Below are positions 21,599 through 31,085 of a stretch of 64,000 nucleotides of DNA, one piece after another (position 1 is the stretch's first letter; each line of letters begins with the position of its first letter). The notes below the pieces were generated by a model. That model was given only the letters and a program-made list of their open reading frames with translations, was not told where the DNA came from and did not search any database. The stretch is from an uncultured Gemmatimonadaceae bacterium (lineage in GTDB: Bacteria; Gemmatimonadota; Gemmatimonadetes; Gemmatimonadales; Gemmatimonadaceae): NCBI GenBank assembly GCA_963829055.1, contig CAWHHI010000012.1, forward strand, positions 384,001 to 448,000, given 5' to 3'. Position numbers and translations under genes: made by a program.

Positions 21599-23228
21599 CG
21601 CGACCACCGGCGCGAAGATGGCCGCCGTCGGCAGCAGCGCGTGAACACGTAGCTCGGGCGGTGTCCGCATCGACAGCGCGCGCGCCGAGATCACCGCGTA
21701 CGACGTCGTGCCGATGACGTACGTGGGCTGGTAGCGCGCGACGATCGTGCGCAGCGTTTCCGTCGCGAAAGCGTACGTCTGCTCCTTCAGGTATTCCTCG
21801 GGCGTGAACGTCCCCACCGGGACCGCCCGGCGGCCGGTGTAGAGAAAGACGAGCGGGTCGTCTTCCATTGCGATGATATCGGTGGGGCGTGTCGATGCGC
21901 GAATCCATTCCACTACTGGAGTCGCGCGAGCCGCGGTCACGCGAGGTACGGAGTCGCGCCAGTGCTGCCGCACACCGTTCACGTTGTACCACGCGAAGCC
22001 CGCCACGACCAGGATGCACGCCCCCAGCGCGACGTACCGGCCAACTCGCCGTGGCACGCTCCCAGGCCGTTGCTCGATGACGAACCCGACACCGAGCGCG
22101 AGCATCGCGGCGAACAGCGGCAGCAGCGCCCACACGAAGCGCGTCGGCTCGAACGGCCACACGACGACGAGCGCCATGTAGGCGGCGACGAACCAGATCG
22201 TCACCGGCGCACGACGCGCGAGACGCCACGCACCGATCGCGATGAGCGCCGTGCGCAACGACCGCGGCCGGCATGCGTAGCGGACTCGGTGACGCCTCAC
22301 TGCCTGTGAACATTGTCCACATCATGCCGTAGAGCGCGCGCGCGTTGCGCGCTACGACCTGCCACACGAACGTCAGGCCGTGTTCTCGCACCGCGTTGGA
22401 CATCCACGCGTCGTATGGTCCGTACTTCCCCATGAGCACGGGTGGAATCTCGGAGCCGTGCGCCGCAACCCAGATGTGCCACGGAACGATGAACAGCGCG
22501 CACGCAGCAAGCGCCAACACTGCGGGCACGAACTTCCGTCGCATGACGAGCACGAGCGCGAACGCCGGGATCACGAACATTCCAGCCGTGCGCACCATCG
22601 CGAGCGCGCCGCCGGCCAGCCCCACAAACAGCGCGCTGCGCCAGTCGGCCTGATCGGCCACACGCTCGGCGTAGACCAAGAGCAGCATCAGGAGCGCCAT
22701 GAACATGGGCTCCGAGAGCACGAAGACGCCGAAGATGAGCGCCGGCATCGACACGGTGCCCGCCACACCCACAGTAGCCGAGCCTAACGCCGACAGCCCG
22801 AGGCGGTCTCGGCCGAAGCGGAACGCCGCGAACGCCGCGAGCGCGAGGAACCCTGCGTTCGCGAACGTGAACACGGCGACGTTCTGCGGGAATTGCGGCG
22901 AGAGCTTCCAGAGCAGCGCGAGGAATAGTGGATAGCCGGGCGGATAGTGTGTCGCGTACGGTGCGCCGGGCAAGTTCAGGTAGCGATATCCTTCCCCGCT
23001 CGCGAGCGCCTTGCCGAGCACGACGTAGATCCCGTCGTCCTGGAACACGCCGACAGGCCAATTTGGAATCGCAACGAAGGCGATGGCAAGCGCCACAGCC
23101 GCGACCAGGACACCGATCGCTCGTGAATCGCCGAACGTCGCGCGGATACCGGGGTCCGGGTACGCGGTGCTGCCGAAGTCTTCGGGCACTGCGCCAACGC
23201 CCTCGGGGGTGCGTAGAGAGATGCTCAT
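21595..23228 (-). CDS. Second GT-C fold membrane glycosyltransferase (paralog); frameshift ~22260
   Basis: GVFQDDGIYVVLGKALASG, HYPPGYP, LSEPMF, WPFEPTRF. Confidence 0.75.
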
Positions 23229-24727
23229 TTCCGCGGGAGCGGGAGAGTGCGCGCGATGCGAGCAGAGTCCAGCAGCGCGATAGCTGCGGCCGCTCGCTGT
23301 TGACGCTCGGCGACGTTTGCCGCCTCTCGGTACACGACGGAATCGCGCGGGAACAGCCGCCGTGCGATCACGAGCTCTCGTTCGGCCTCATCGAGTGCAT
23401 TCGCGCCACGAAGCACGCGACCGGCAGCGAGATGCGCCTCGTACGATTCGGGATGATCGGTGAGCAGCGCCAGCAGATACGTCCGATCGTCGTGCCATAC
23501 GGGCGTCCGCGTCCATGTGCGAACGCCGAATGCCACTACCACCGATGCCGTAGCGGCCGCGACCATCGCGGATCGCGTGAAGAGATAGCGCTCTGCCACG
23601 GCGCCGGCAGCCAGGCAAATCCCCACGCTGGCGAGGTAGAGCGTTCGCTCGGCGAGGAGGACGCCTGAAGCGAAGATCACGTTCGACACCGGGGCCAGCG
23701 CGATAGGGACCCACAGGATCGCGAAGGCCAATACAGCCCATCGTGCACGGCGCAGTAGCACCACGACCGCGACCCCGAGCAGCACGGCGATCACGACGCC
23801 CAACAGCGTCATGGCCGACAGCCCTGGCGACGGTGAGATGACGTTAGGCGCGTAGCTGGCCGACAGGTCAGCGGGCGCGATGAGCAGGCGAGCGTAATGC
23901 GGGATCACTCGGGCGACGAGCTCGAGCCGAGACCCGAATGTCGTTCCGGCGAACACCCGCGCCGGCGCAGTGATCTCGCGGGCGTGGAAAACGGCGAGCA
24001 GCACGACGGCGTAAGCGGCCGTCACGGCACCGTATGCCGCGTACATCCGCCGACGCAATCGCAGCGACGCGCGCCAGTCGCGCTCGAGCACGAAATCATT
24101 CGCCGCGGCCAACGCGAGAAAGACGATTGCGCTCTCCTTGCTGAGGAGCCCGAGCGCGAAGAACGGAACAGCCATCCAGCTCGAGCGTCGGTGCGCGAGC
24201 AGCGCAGCGATAGCGAACACCGTACCCATCGGCTCGAGCCGGCCCACGACGTTGGAGATCGCCTCGACGTGAACGGGATGCACCGCGAACAGGAGCGCGG
24301 CGATGCCGGCCGCGACCGGCGCGAGCAGCTCGGCGGCGAGCAACCACACCATGAGTGTCGCCAGCGCGTGCCAGAGCACGTTGACGGCGTGAAACCATCG
24401 CGCATCGCCGCCGGACACGACCCAGTCGAACGCGAACGACAGAATCCCTAGTGGTCGGTACTGGCCGCCACCAATGGCCTCGGGCCAGTACGGGAGTGCG
24501 AACGCTCTCCATGCGCTCGCGGGCGATGTCACGAGCGGGTTGCGCACGATGACGCCGCCGTCGTCCAGGACGAATCCGTTCGCGAGCGCGTTCGCGTAGA
24601 CGAGCATCGCCGCGGCCATCGCACCCACCATCGCGACGCGCTTCACGCGCAGGCGGCCGGTGAGATCGACAAACGCCGGCGTCGCGGCCCCGCGCGAACG
24701 GCCCTGCGGCACGGCGCCCGCTGTCAC
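23225..24727 (-). CDS. TMTC-like protein O-mannosyltransferase with short TPR tail
   Basis: GFVLDD, YRPL, FHAVNVLWH, LFAVHPVHVEAISNVVGR, LSKE, AERTLYL; GTG overlaps the pilR stop. Confidence 0.8.
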   Translation of the reverse strand: MTAGAVPQGRSRGAATPAFVDLTGRLRVKRVAMVGAMAAAMLVYANALANGFVLDDGGVIVRNPLVTSPASAWRAFALPYWPEAIGGGQYRPLGILSFAFDWVVSGGDARWFHAVNVLWHALATLMVWLLAAELLAPVAAGIAALLFAVHPVHVEAISNVVGRLEPMGTVFAIAALLAHRRSSWMAVPFFALGLLSKESAIVFLALAAANDFVLERDWRASLRLRRRMYAAYGAVTAAYAVVLLAVFHAREITAPARVFAGTTFGSRLELVARVIPHYARLLIAPADLSASYAPNVISPSPGLSAMTLLGVVIAVLLGVAVVVLLRRARWAVLAFAILWVPIALAPVSNVIFASGVLLAERTLYLASVGICLAAGAVAERYLFTRSAMVAAATASVVVAFGVRTWTRTPVWHDDRTYLLALLTDHPESYEAHLAAGRVLRGANALDEAERELVIARRLFPRDSVVYREAANVAERQQRAAAAIALLDSARIARTLPLPRK

Positions 24728-26103
24728 GCCTCGGCCCCGAACCGCGACAGCTTGCGATGCAACGTCGACGGGTCGATGCCTAACGTCTCGGCCGCGCGGG
24801 TCTTGTTGCCCGCCTCGCTCTGCAGCACCCACATGATGTACGCGCGCTCGATCGTCTCGAGCGTCGGATTCCGAACCGGACGCTCTTCCACCAGTTTGAC
24901 CGGGTCCGGCGCCATGATGCGGTCGGGGAGACCGTCGATCTCGATGACCTCGCCCGGCGTGAGAATCACGGCCCGCTCGAGCGCGTTCTCCAGCTCTCGA
25001 ACGTTGCCTGGCCACGAGTAGTTCATCAGCGCATCCTGAGCGTTCGCGCTGAGCCGTTTCGGGGTTTCGCCGCGCTGCATGCCCGACCGATCGAGGAACG
25101 ATCCGGCCAGCAACGGAATGTCGTCGCGGCGCTCGCGAAGCGGCGGCAGGTAGATCGCGATGACGTTGAGCCGGTAGTAGAGATCGCGCCGGAAGATGCC
25201 ACGGCGAATATCCTCCTCGAGATCACGATTCGTGGCCGCGACGAGCCGAGTGTCGATGGGCTGCGACTCCGTCGCGCCGACAGGAATCACTTCGCGATGC
25301 TGCAGCACGCGCAGCAACTTCACCTGCGTCGCGGGCGTCGTTTCGCCGATCTCGTCGAGAAAGAACGTGCCCTTCGCGGCCGCCGTAAACAGACCGCTCT
25401 TGTCCTTCACGGCTCCAGTGAACGAACCCTTCACGTGGCCGAACAACTCGCTCTCGAGCAGACTCTCGGGAAGCGCGCCGCAGTTGATCGAGAGGAACGG
25501 CCCCTCGGTCCGATTCGACAGGTCGTGAATGTAGCGGGAGATCACTTCCTTACCCGTACCGGATTCACCCTGAATGAGTACGGTCGATTCCGTAGGCGCG
25601 ACCGTTTCGGCGAGTCGCAACACGTCGAGCCAGTTGCGGCTGTTGCCGATCGGCCGCGAGCCCACGTGCTTGTCGCGCCGACGGATCTCCTGCTTGAGCG
25701 ACGAGTTCTCGACACGCAAATGCCGATGCTCGGCAGCGCGTCGAAGGATCGCGACCAGCTCGTCGTTCCGAAACGGCTTCTGAATGTAGTAGAACGCACC
25801 TTCGTTCACGGCCTGCATCGCCGACTGCAGAGTCGCCTGCGCCGTCATCAGGATGACGGGCGTGTTCGGGTCACGCTGTCGCGCCGCGGACAACACCTGC
25901 AAGCCACTCACGGTCGGCATGCGAACGTCGCTCAGCACGATGTCCGGCGACAGCGACTCGATCTGATCGAGTCCGGCCTTTCCGCCGAGAGCGACGTGAG
26001 GCACGAACCCTTCGTTCTTCAGGAGGATGCGCAGTGAGTCCAGGATCCCGGCCTCATCGTCGATGATCAGGACGTTAGGTGCGCCGTTCGAACGCTCGCT
26101 CAC
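24724..26103 (-). CDS. pilR: Sigma54-dependent response regulator, PilR-like
   Basis: REC domain, GESGTGKE, GSFTGA, FLDEIGE, WPGNVRELEN, Fis HTH; position in the pilus locus. Confidence 0.85.
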   Translation of the reverse strand: MSERSNGAPNVLIIDDEAGILDSLRILLKNEGFVPHVALGGKAGLDQIESLSPDIVLSDVRMPTVSGLQVLSAARQRDPNTPVILMTAQATLQSAMQAVNEGAFYYIQKPFRNDELVAILRRAAEHRHLRVENSSLKQEIRRRDKHVGSRPIGNSRNWLDVLRLAETVAPTESTVLIQGESGTGKEVISRYIHDLSNRTEGPFLSINCGALPESLLESELFGHVKGSFTGAVKDKSGLFTAAAKGTFFLDEIGETTPATQVKLLRVLQHREVIPVGATESQPIDTRLVAATNRDLEEDIRRGIFRRDLYYRLNVIAIYLPPLRERRDDIPLLAGSFLDRSGMQRGETPKRLSANAQDALMNYSWPGNVRELENALERAVILTPGEVIEIDGLPDRIMAPDPVKLVEERPVRNPTLETIERAYIMWVLQSEAGNKTRAAETLGIDPSTLHRKLSRFGAEA

Positions 26104-27794
26104 ACGAGTTCTCCATTGTCGGACTGATGAGACGGCAACAGTACGGTCACGCGGGTTCCACGATCATCGCTGTCCACGAACACGAAGCCCGAGTGGGCTT
26201 CGATGGCGCGGTGCACGATGCTGAGCCCGAGACCACTGCCGCCGGGCTTCGTGGTAAAAAAGGGATCGAACAATCGATCGCGGATCTCGAGCGGGATGCC
26301 GGGCCCGTCGTCGGAAACGCGCAGCGCGACGCCGCCGAGGTCGAACGACACTCCTGCGGGCACCTCATCCATCGAAAGCGGTGCGAGCTCGACGCGCACG
26401 CGGCCACCGTCCGGCGATGCCTGTACGGCGTTGAGCGCGAGATTGAACACGGCGCGATGCAGTAGGTCCTCGTCGCCATCCACGATCATTCCCTCCGCCA
26501 TACCGCAGACGACCTCTACGTTACTTGGTCGATCTGGGTGTGCCGACGCGAGGCTCGCAGCGCCGCGCGCCACGGCCGAGAGGTCGACGGGCTCGACGCG
26601 GGCTACGCGGACACGGGCAAAGTCCAGAAATTCCGACAGCAACCGCGACAGGCGATCGGACTCCCGAACGACCAACTCCGCCAGCGTGCGCTCGTCAACC
26701 GTCGTGCGAGGCGACCGAGCGAGTTGCTCGATCGCGCTCCGGATGGACGCCAGCGGGTTCTTGATCTCGTGCGCGAGCGATGCGCTCAGCTCGGCCACCG
26801 CCTCGAGCCGCTCGGCCCGCGCGTGGAGGGAGTCGAGGCGCTTCTGGTCGGAAATATCCTGAAAGATCGCGGTCGCCGTAGCCTCGGCTGCGCCATTGTC
26901 GCCCGCGGAGTTGGTCGTATTCAGCCCGATCGGAAAGCGACGATCGTGCACCGTCACCGTGCCCTCGGCCCGAGTCGTGCGTGTCCCGTCCTGCGCTGCA
27001 CGTTCGAGCGCGCGTGCCAATTCCGGCGCGGTGTTCGCGATCGTCTCGATGACCGGCGAGCCGACATGCTCATCGAGCTGCAACCCGAGGAGTTGGGACG
27101 CTGCGGGGTTCGCATAGACGAGCCCGCCGGTGGCGTCGACCGTGACGATCCCGCTGCGTATGTTCCGAAGGATGTCGGCGGCCTGTAGACGCACCTTCAC
27201 CAGTTCGGCCGCGAGTTGCTCGGTACCGGCGCCCGCCTGGCGCAGCCGAGCGGCGATGTATCCGCTGCCCAGCGCGACTGCGGAGAAGACACCCAGCTGC
27301 AACCAGACACCCAGGTCGATCTGTGTGCCCGGCGCGAGGAGTACGTCCGCGAAGTACAGGACGCATCCGAGCGCCGCGACCAGCAGTCCGCCCGAGAACG
27401 GAAGGAGCAGCGACGCCGCCGCGATCACCAGGATATAGAGGGCGGCGAACTGCGACGTGCCGCCGCCCGTCACGTGAACGATCGCCGTCACGACCACGAG
27501 GTCGAACAGCGACTGGATATAGAGGAATCCGGGACGAAGCGGAGACCGATAGACGATGCTGTACAGCGCTGACCCGGCGGTGAACGCGAGGGCGCCGATG
27601 ATGAGCAGCGACGCCACGAGCGTGAGCCCGGCATCGGCATTCTTCCACGCGACGACGGCCGCGATGAAGATCGCGGCGGACATGGCCAGTCGGCCGAGAT
27701 AGACCCAGCGCAGAATCCTGTGCGGGTCCAGAATCGGCGGACGACGGGAATCGTCGGCGCGGGTGATCGGGATCACCGGCAGGGGATGTTGCAA
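26100..27794 (-). CDS. pilS: Sensor histidine kinase, PilS-like
   Basis: Multi-TM N-terminus with TGGGTSQFAALY, PAS, AHEIKNPL, DDGPG, GSGLGL. Confidence 0.85.
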   Translation of the reverse strand: MQHPLPVIPITRADDSRRPPILDPHRILRWVYLGRLAMSAAIFIAAVVAWKNADAGLTLVASLLIIGALAFTAGSALYSIVYRSPLRPGFLYIQSLFDLVVVTAIVHVTGGGTSQFAALYILVIAAASLLLPFSGGLLVAALGCVLYFADVLLAPGTQIDLGVWLQLGVFSAVALGSGYIAARLRQAGAGTEQLAAELVKVRLQAADILRNIRSGIVTVDATGGLVYANPAASQLLGLQLDEHVGSPVIETIANTAPELARALERAAQDGTRTTRAEGTVTVHDRRFPIGLNTTNSAGDNGAAEATATAIFQDISDQKRLDSLHARAERLEAVAELSASLAHEIKNPLASIRSAIEQLARSPRTTVDERTLAELVVRESDRLSRLLSEFLDFARVRVARVEPVDLSAVARGAASLASAHPDRPSNVEVVCGMAEGMIVDGDEDLLHRAVFNLALNAVQASPDGGRVRVELAPLSMDEVPAGVSFDLGGVALRVSDDGPGIPLEIRDRLFDPFFTTKPGGSGLGLSIVHRAIEAHSGFVFVDSDDRGTRVTVLLPSHQSDNGELV

Positions 27795-27908
27795 ATTGCG
27801 CTGAAGTAGACTTCGGGGGATCTATGGCATTCTGCTACGATCTGGACGATCTGGTTTGGAGGTTGTTTCCGAGTGCAACTGGCTGAGCATCTGAGCTTTG
27901 GCGCGTAC

Positions 27909-29240
27909 ATGTGGCGCCTGGTGGTGGTCATTCTGCTCGTTCTCGCCAACGCGTTCTTCGTTGCGGCGGAGTTCGCGCTCGTCGGGTCGCGGCGGAGCAA
28001 GATCGATCAGATGGCGGGTGAAGGAGACCGGCTCGCGAAGGCGGCGCAGACCGCGCTCAAAGACCTGGATCGGTACATCTCGGCCACGCAGCTGGGGATC
28101 ACGCTCGCATCGCTCGGGTTGGGGTGGATCGGCGAACCCGCGCTCGCGGGTCTGGTCGATCGGTTTCTCGCCCTGTTCGGCGTCCACCCGCCGGCGGCCG
28201 CCGTGCACACCGCGGCCGGAGTGGTCACGGCCTTCGTCATCATCACGTTCCTTCACATCGTGCTCGGCGAGTTGGCGCCGAAGTCGATGGCCCTGGTGAA
28301 GCCCGAAGGCGTGAGCCGGGCGCTGGCGATCCCGCTCATGGTATTCGCCCGCGTCATGTCGCCGGCGATCACGCTGCTGAATGGCACCGCGAACTGGCTC
28401 ATGCGACGGCTCGGCATCGCGCCGCAGTCGGAAGCGCAGCATGTGCACTCACCGGAAGAGCTACGACTTCTCGTGATGCAGGCGCGCGCGCACGGCACGC
28501 TCGACGAGGCCGATTCGGCGATGTTGGCCGGGGTGTTCGACTTCCACGAGAAGAAGGCGTACGACGTCATGCGACCACGCACCGAAGTCGCGGCGCTCGA
28601 CATCGAATCCACCGCGGCCGAGGTGTGGGAATTCGTGCGACGCGAGCGCTACTCGCGGTATCCGGTGTATCGCGATACGCTCGACGACGTCGCCGGCGTG
28701 TTCCTGGCGAAGGACCTCTGGCTTTATGACGGACAGGAGCCGTTCTCGCTCGAGACCTTCGTGCGGCAGGCGCTGTACGTGCCGTCGAGTCGGGCGGCCG
28801 AACGCGTGCTCGACGACCTGCGGAAGACGCGGGCGCAGATGGCCGTGGTGCTGGACGAATACGGCGGCACCGCCGGCATCGTGACGATGGAAGACCTCAT
28901 CGAGGAAGTCGTCGGAGACATTGCAGACGAGTACGACTTCGCCTCGCGTACGGCAGTGATGACGGACGGCGTGCTCGAGCTGGCCGGCTCGCTGTCGCTC
29001 GTGGACGTGCGGTCGGACTACGGGCTCCGAATTCCGGAAGGCGACTGGTCGACGTTAGGCGGCTACGCGTTCGGCCGCGTGGGCCGCGTGCCGAAGATCG
29101 GCGACCGGGTGCCCTTCCCCGGCGGCGAGTTGGAAGTCATTGCGATGGATGGTCGCCGGGTGGCGGGACTCCGCGTACACCGCGACAACGCGACGAAGAC
29201 CGATACGCCCGCAACGGCGGCCGCTGCTCTGCATCCATGA
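27909..29240 (+). CDS. Hemolysin/CNNM family protein (DUF21-CBS-CorC)
   Basis: NAFFVAAEFA, TQLGIT, GELAPK, YSRYPV, DEYGGTAG. Confidence 0.93.
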   Translation: MWRLVVVILLVLANAFFVAAEFALVGSRRSKIDQMAGEGDRLAKAAQTALKDLDRYISATQLGITLASLGLGWIGEPALAGLVDRFLALFGVHPPAAAVHTAAGVVTAFVIITFLHIVLGELAPKSMALVKPEGVSRALAIPLMVFARVMSPAITLLNGTANWLMRRLGIAPQSEAQHVHSPEELRLLVMQARAHGTLDEADSAMLAGVFDFHEKKAYDVMRPRTEVAALDIESTAAEVWEFVRRERYSRYPVYRDTLDDVAGVFLAKDLWLYDGQEPFSLETFVRQALYVPSSRAAERVLDDLRKTRAQMAVVLDEYGGTAGIVTMEDLIEEVVGDIADEYDFASRTAVMTDGVLELAGSLSLVDVRSDYGLRIPEGDWSTLGGYAFGRVGRVPKIGDRVPFPGGELEVIAMDGRRVAGLRVHRDNATKTDTPATAAAALHP

Positions 29241-29258
29241 AGGGACAGTGTGGACTGC

Positions 29259-29535
29259 AACGGCTTTGACAGGATGGGCAGAATGGGCAGGATGACGGCA
29301 ACGGCAACGGCAACTACATGACAGGATTGGCAGGATGGACAGGATTGAACAGAGGCTCCGTGTCGCGCCCAACGTCCCTCCCGCAACGAGCCCAGTGTGA
29401 GAGGAACGGCCGCTCAGGACGCCACTCGCTCCGAGATGTGTTCCCACATTCGTTAGGCCCCGGCGACACGCTCCCCGACGCCGAGACAGTCATCCTGCCA
29501 ATCCTGCCAATCCTGGCCATCCTGTCAAAGCCGTT
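29259..29535. repeat. MITE/REP-like element with inverted termini built from 9-bp CAGGAT(T/G)GG units
   Basis: aacggctttgacaggatgggcagaatgggcaggatgac ... gtcatcctgccaatcctgccaatcctggccatcctgtcaaagccgtt. Confidence 0.75.
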
Positions 29536-29569
29536 TCGTAGTTTCCTGTCCGGCAGATAGCGCCGACCA

Positions 29570-30007
29570 ATGATCGACGAATCCACCGAGGGCCTTCGCG
29601 TCAACGACAGTGTCGTCATTCCTCGTGACGAGCTCGCGACGCGCGCGTCCCGCGCTGGCGGTGCGGGCGGGCAGCACGTGAACACGTCGTCCACGCGCAT
29701 CGAGCTGCTGTGGAACGTCGGCACGACGCGCGCGCTGTCGGAAGAGCAGCGCGCGCGCGTGTTGCAGAAGCTCTCGTCGCGGCTGGACAGCGAACAAACC
29801 GTTCGTGTCGTGGCGAGCGATCGGCGGAGCCAGCGTCAGAATCGCGAGAGCGCCGAAGAACGGCTGGCCGATCTCGTGCGCGCCGCGCTCGTCGTCCCGA
29901 AGAAGCGTCGGCCAACGAAGCCGAGTCGCGCGGCGAAGCAGGCGCGGCTGGATTCGAAGAAACGAACGAGCGACAAGAAGCGCCAGCGGCGCTGGCAAGG
30001 CGACTGA
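29570..30007 (+). CDS. arfB: Alternative ribosome rescue peptidyl-tRNA hydrolase
   Basis: GGQHVN, RSQRQN, basic tail KRRPTKPS. Confidence 0.95.
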   Translation: MIDESTEGLRVNDSVVIPRDELATRASRAGGAGGQHVNTSSTRIELLWNVGTTRALSEEQRARVLQKLSSRLDSEQTVRVVASDRRSQRQNRESAEERLADLVRAALVVPKKRRPTKPSRAAKQARLDSKKRTSDKKRQRRWQGD

Positions 30008-30160
30008 GCGTCGGCGTGGCTCACGGACGCATGACGGGCTGTCTGCGACATGCCCGATTGGAAAGGGGGCTCACCAATCCTGCATGAAGCAAACAGCCCG
30101 TCAACAGACGTCGGCCGTACTCCGGCGCCTAACGCACGACGCCGGTCCAGTGTGGCTCTC

Positions 30161-30886
30161 TCAGTGCGTCGGAATCCCGATCGACACGCCGAAGCGATAG
30201 GTGACGAAGTTCGCTTCGCTCCGGATCGGATTGATGACGATGCTCCCGTCCGGCCTGTCCCTGATGCTTCCCTCGCGGAGGTACGTCGCTTCGCCGTTCC
30301 GGTGGAACGTAGCACCGAGATCGAGGAGCACCGGCGTGCGACCCAGGAACAATGGGATCATGAAGCCGCCACCGCCTGTGAGCGCGAACACGACATCGTC
30401 GTGATTCGTCGTATCGAACAGATTCTCGGCGTCGTTGTTCCCGCTCAGCGATGAATGCGTGAAGAAGTAGCTCATCCCCGCCGTAGCGTTGATGTATGGA
30501 CGCAGCGGCCCGGCGGGAACAGTGATCTGCGGGCCGATGCCAGCGAACGCGATGTCGTTGCTCGTGTTCACATTCACGTCGACGCGGCAGCTGAACGGAC
30601 AGATGGTCGTGTTCTCACTGCCGTACTGCAGGAACCCGCCTTCGGCGCGAATGCCGAACACCCGATCGCGATCGAGATTCCAGACGAATCCGCCGGTGAC
30701 GCCGTACCCCTGACCGATGAAATCATTGAAAGCGCCAATGGGCTGCGCGACGGCGAAATTGATGTCGCCGTAGGCACGCGGAAGCGTCGCGTCGGTGCGG
30801 CGGGCCGGCGTACCCTGTGCCGAGAGCGTCGATGCGATTGCACTCGTGAGTACGAGCGCGCTGAAAATGCGAGGTGCGCGAAACAT
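30161..30886 (-). CDS. Putative outer-membrane beta-barrel protein
   Basis: Signal peptide, alternating strands, C-terminal YRFGVSIG. Confidence 0.6.
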   Translation of the reverse strand: MFRAPRIFSALVLTSAIASTLSAQGTPARRTDATLPRAYGDINFAVAQPIGAFNDFIGQGYGVTGGFVWNLDRDRVFGIRAEGGFLQYGSENTTICPFSCRVDVNVNTSNDIAFAGIGPQITVPAGPLRPYINATAGMSYFFTHSSLSGNNDAENLFDTTNHDDVVFALTGGGGFMIPLFLGRTPVLLDLGATFHRNGEATYLREGSIRDRPDGSIVINPIRSEANFVTYRFGVSIGIPTH

Positions 30887-31085
30887 GAGACCCGTTAGGT
30901 AGAGTCGCCGCAGGAGACGCGGCTTCTGGTTTCGAAGCAATACGTCCCCGCGCATTGAACGTTTCACGATCGACGTCGGCCGTCCCTGGGCGATGATACC
31001 GCTCGATCGCGCAAAAAGTGCCCGAAGGCAAACTGCTGAACCCATCGGGCACTGCGGGCGTCACCGGCCGGTCGTTCCGCTCAAC

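Noticed and set aside
20366..22300. In-frame fusion of the two GT-C paralogs
   Set aside because: The junction contains an ATGA start/stop overlap at ~21595-21598 and both genes have other indels. Two genes is more parsimonious, though reads should be checked.
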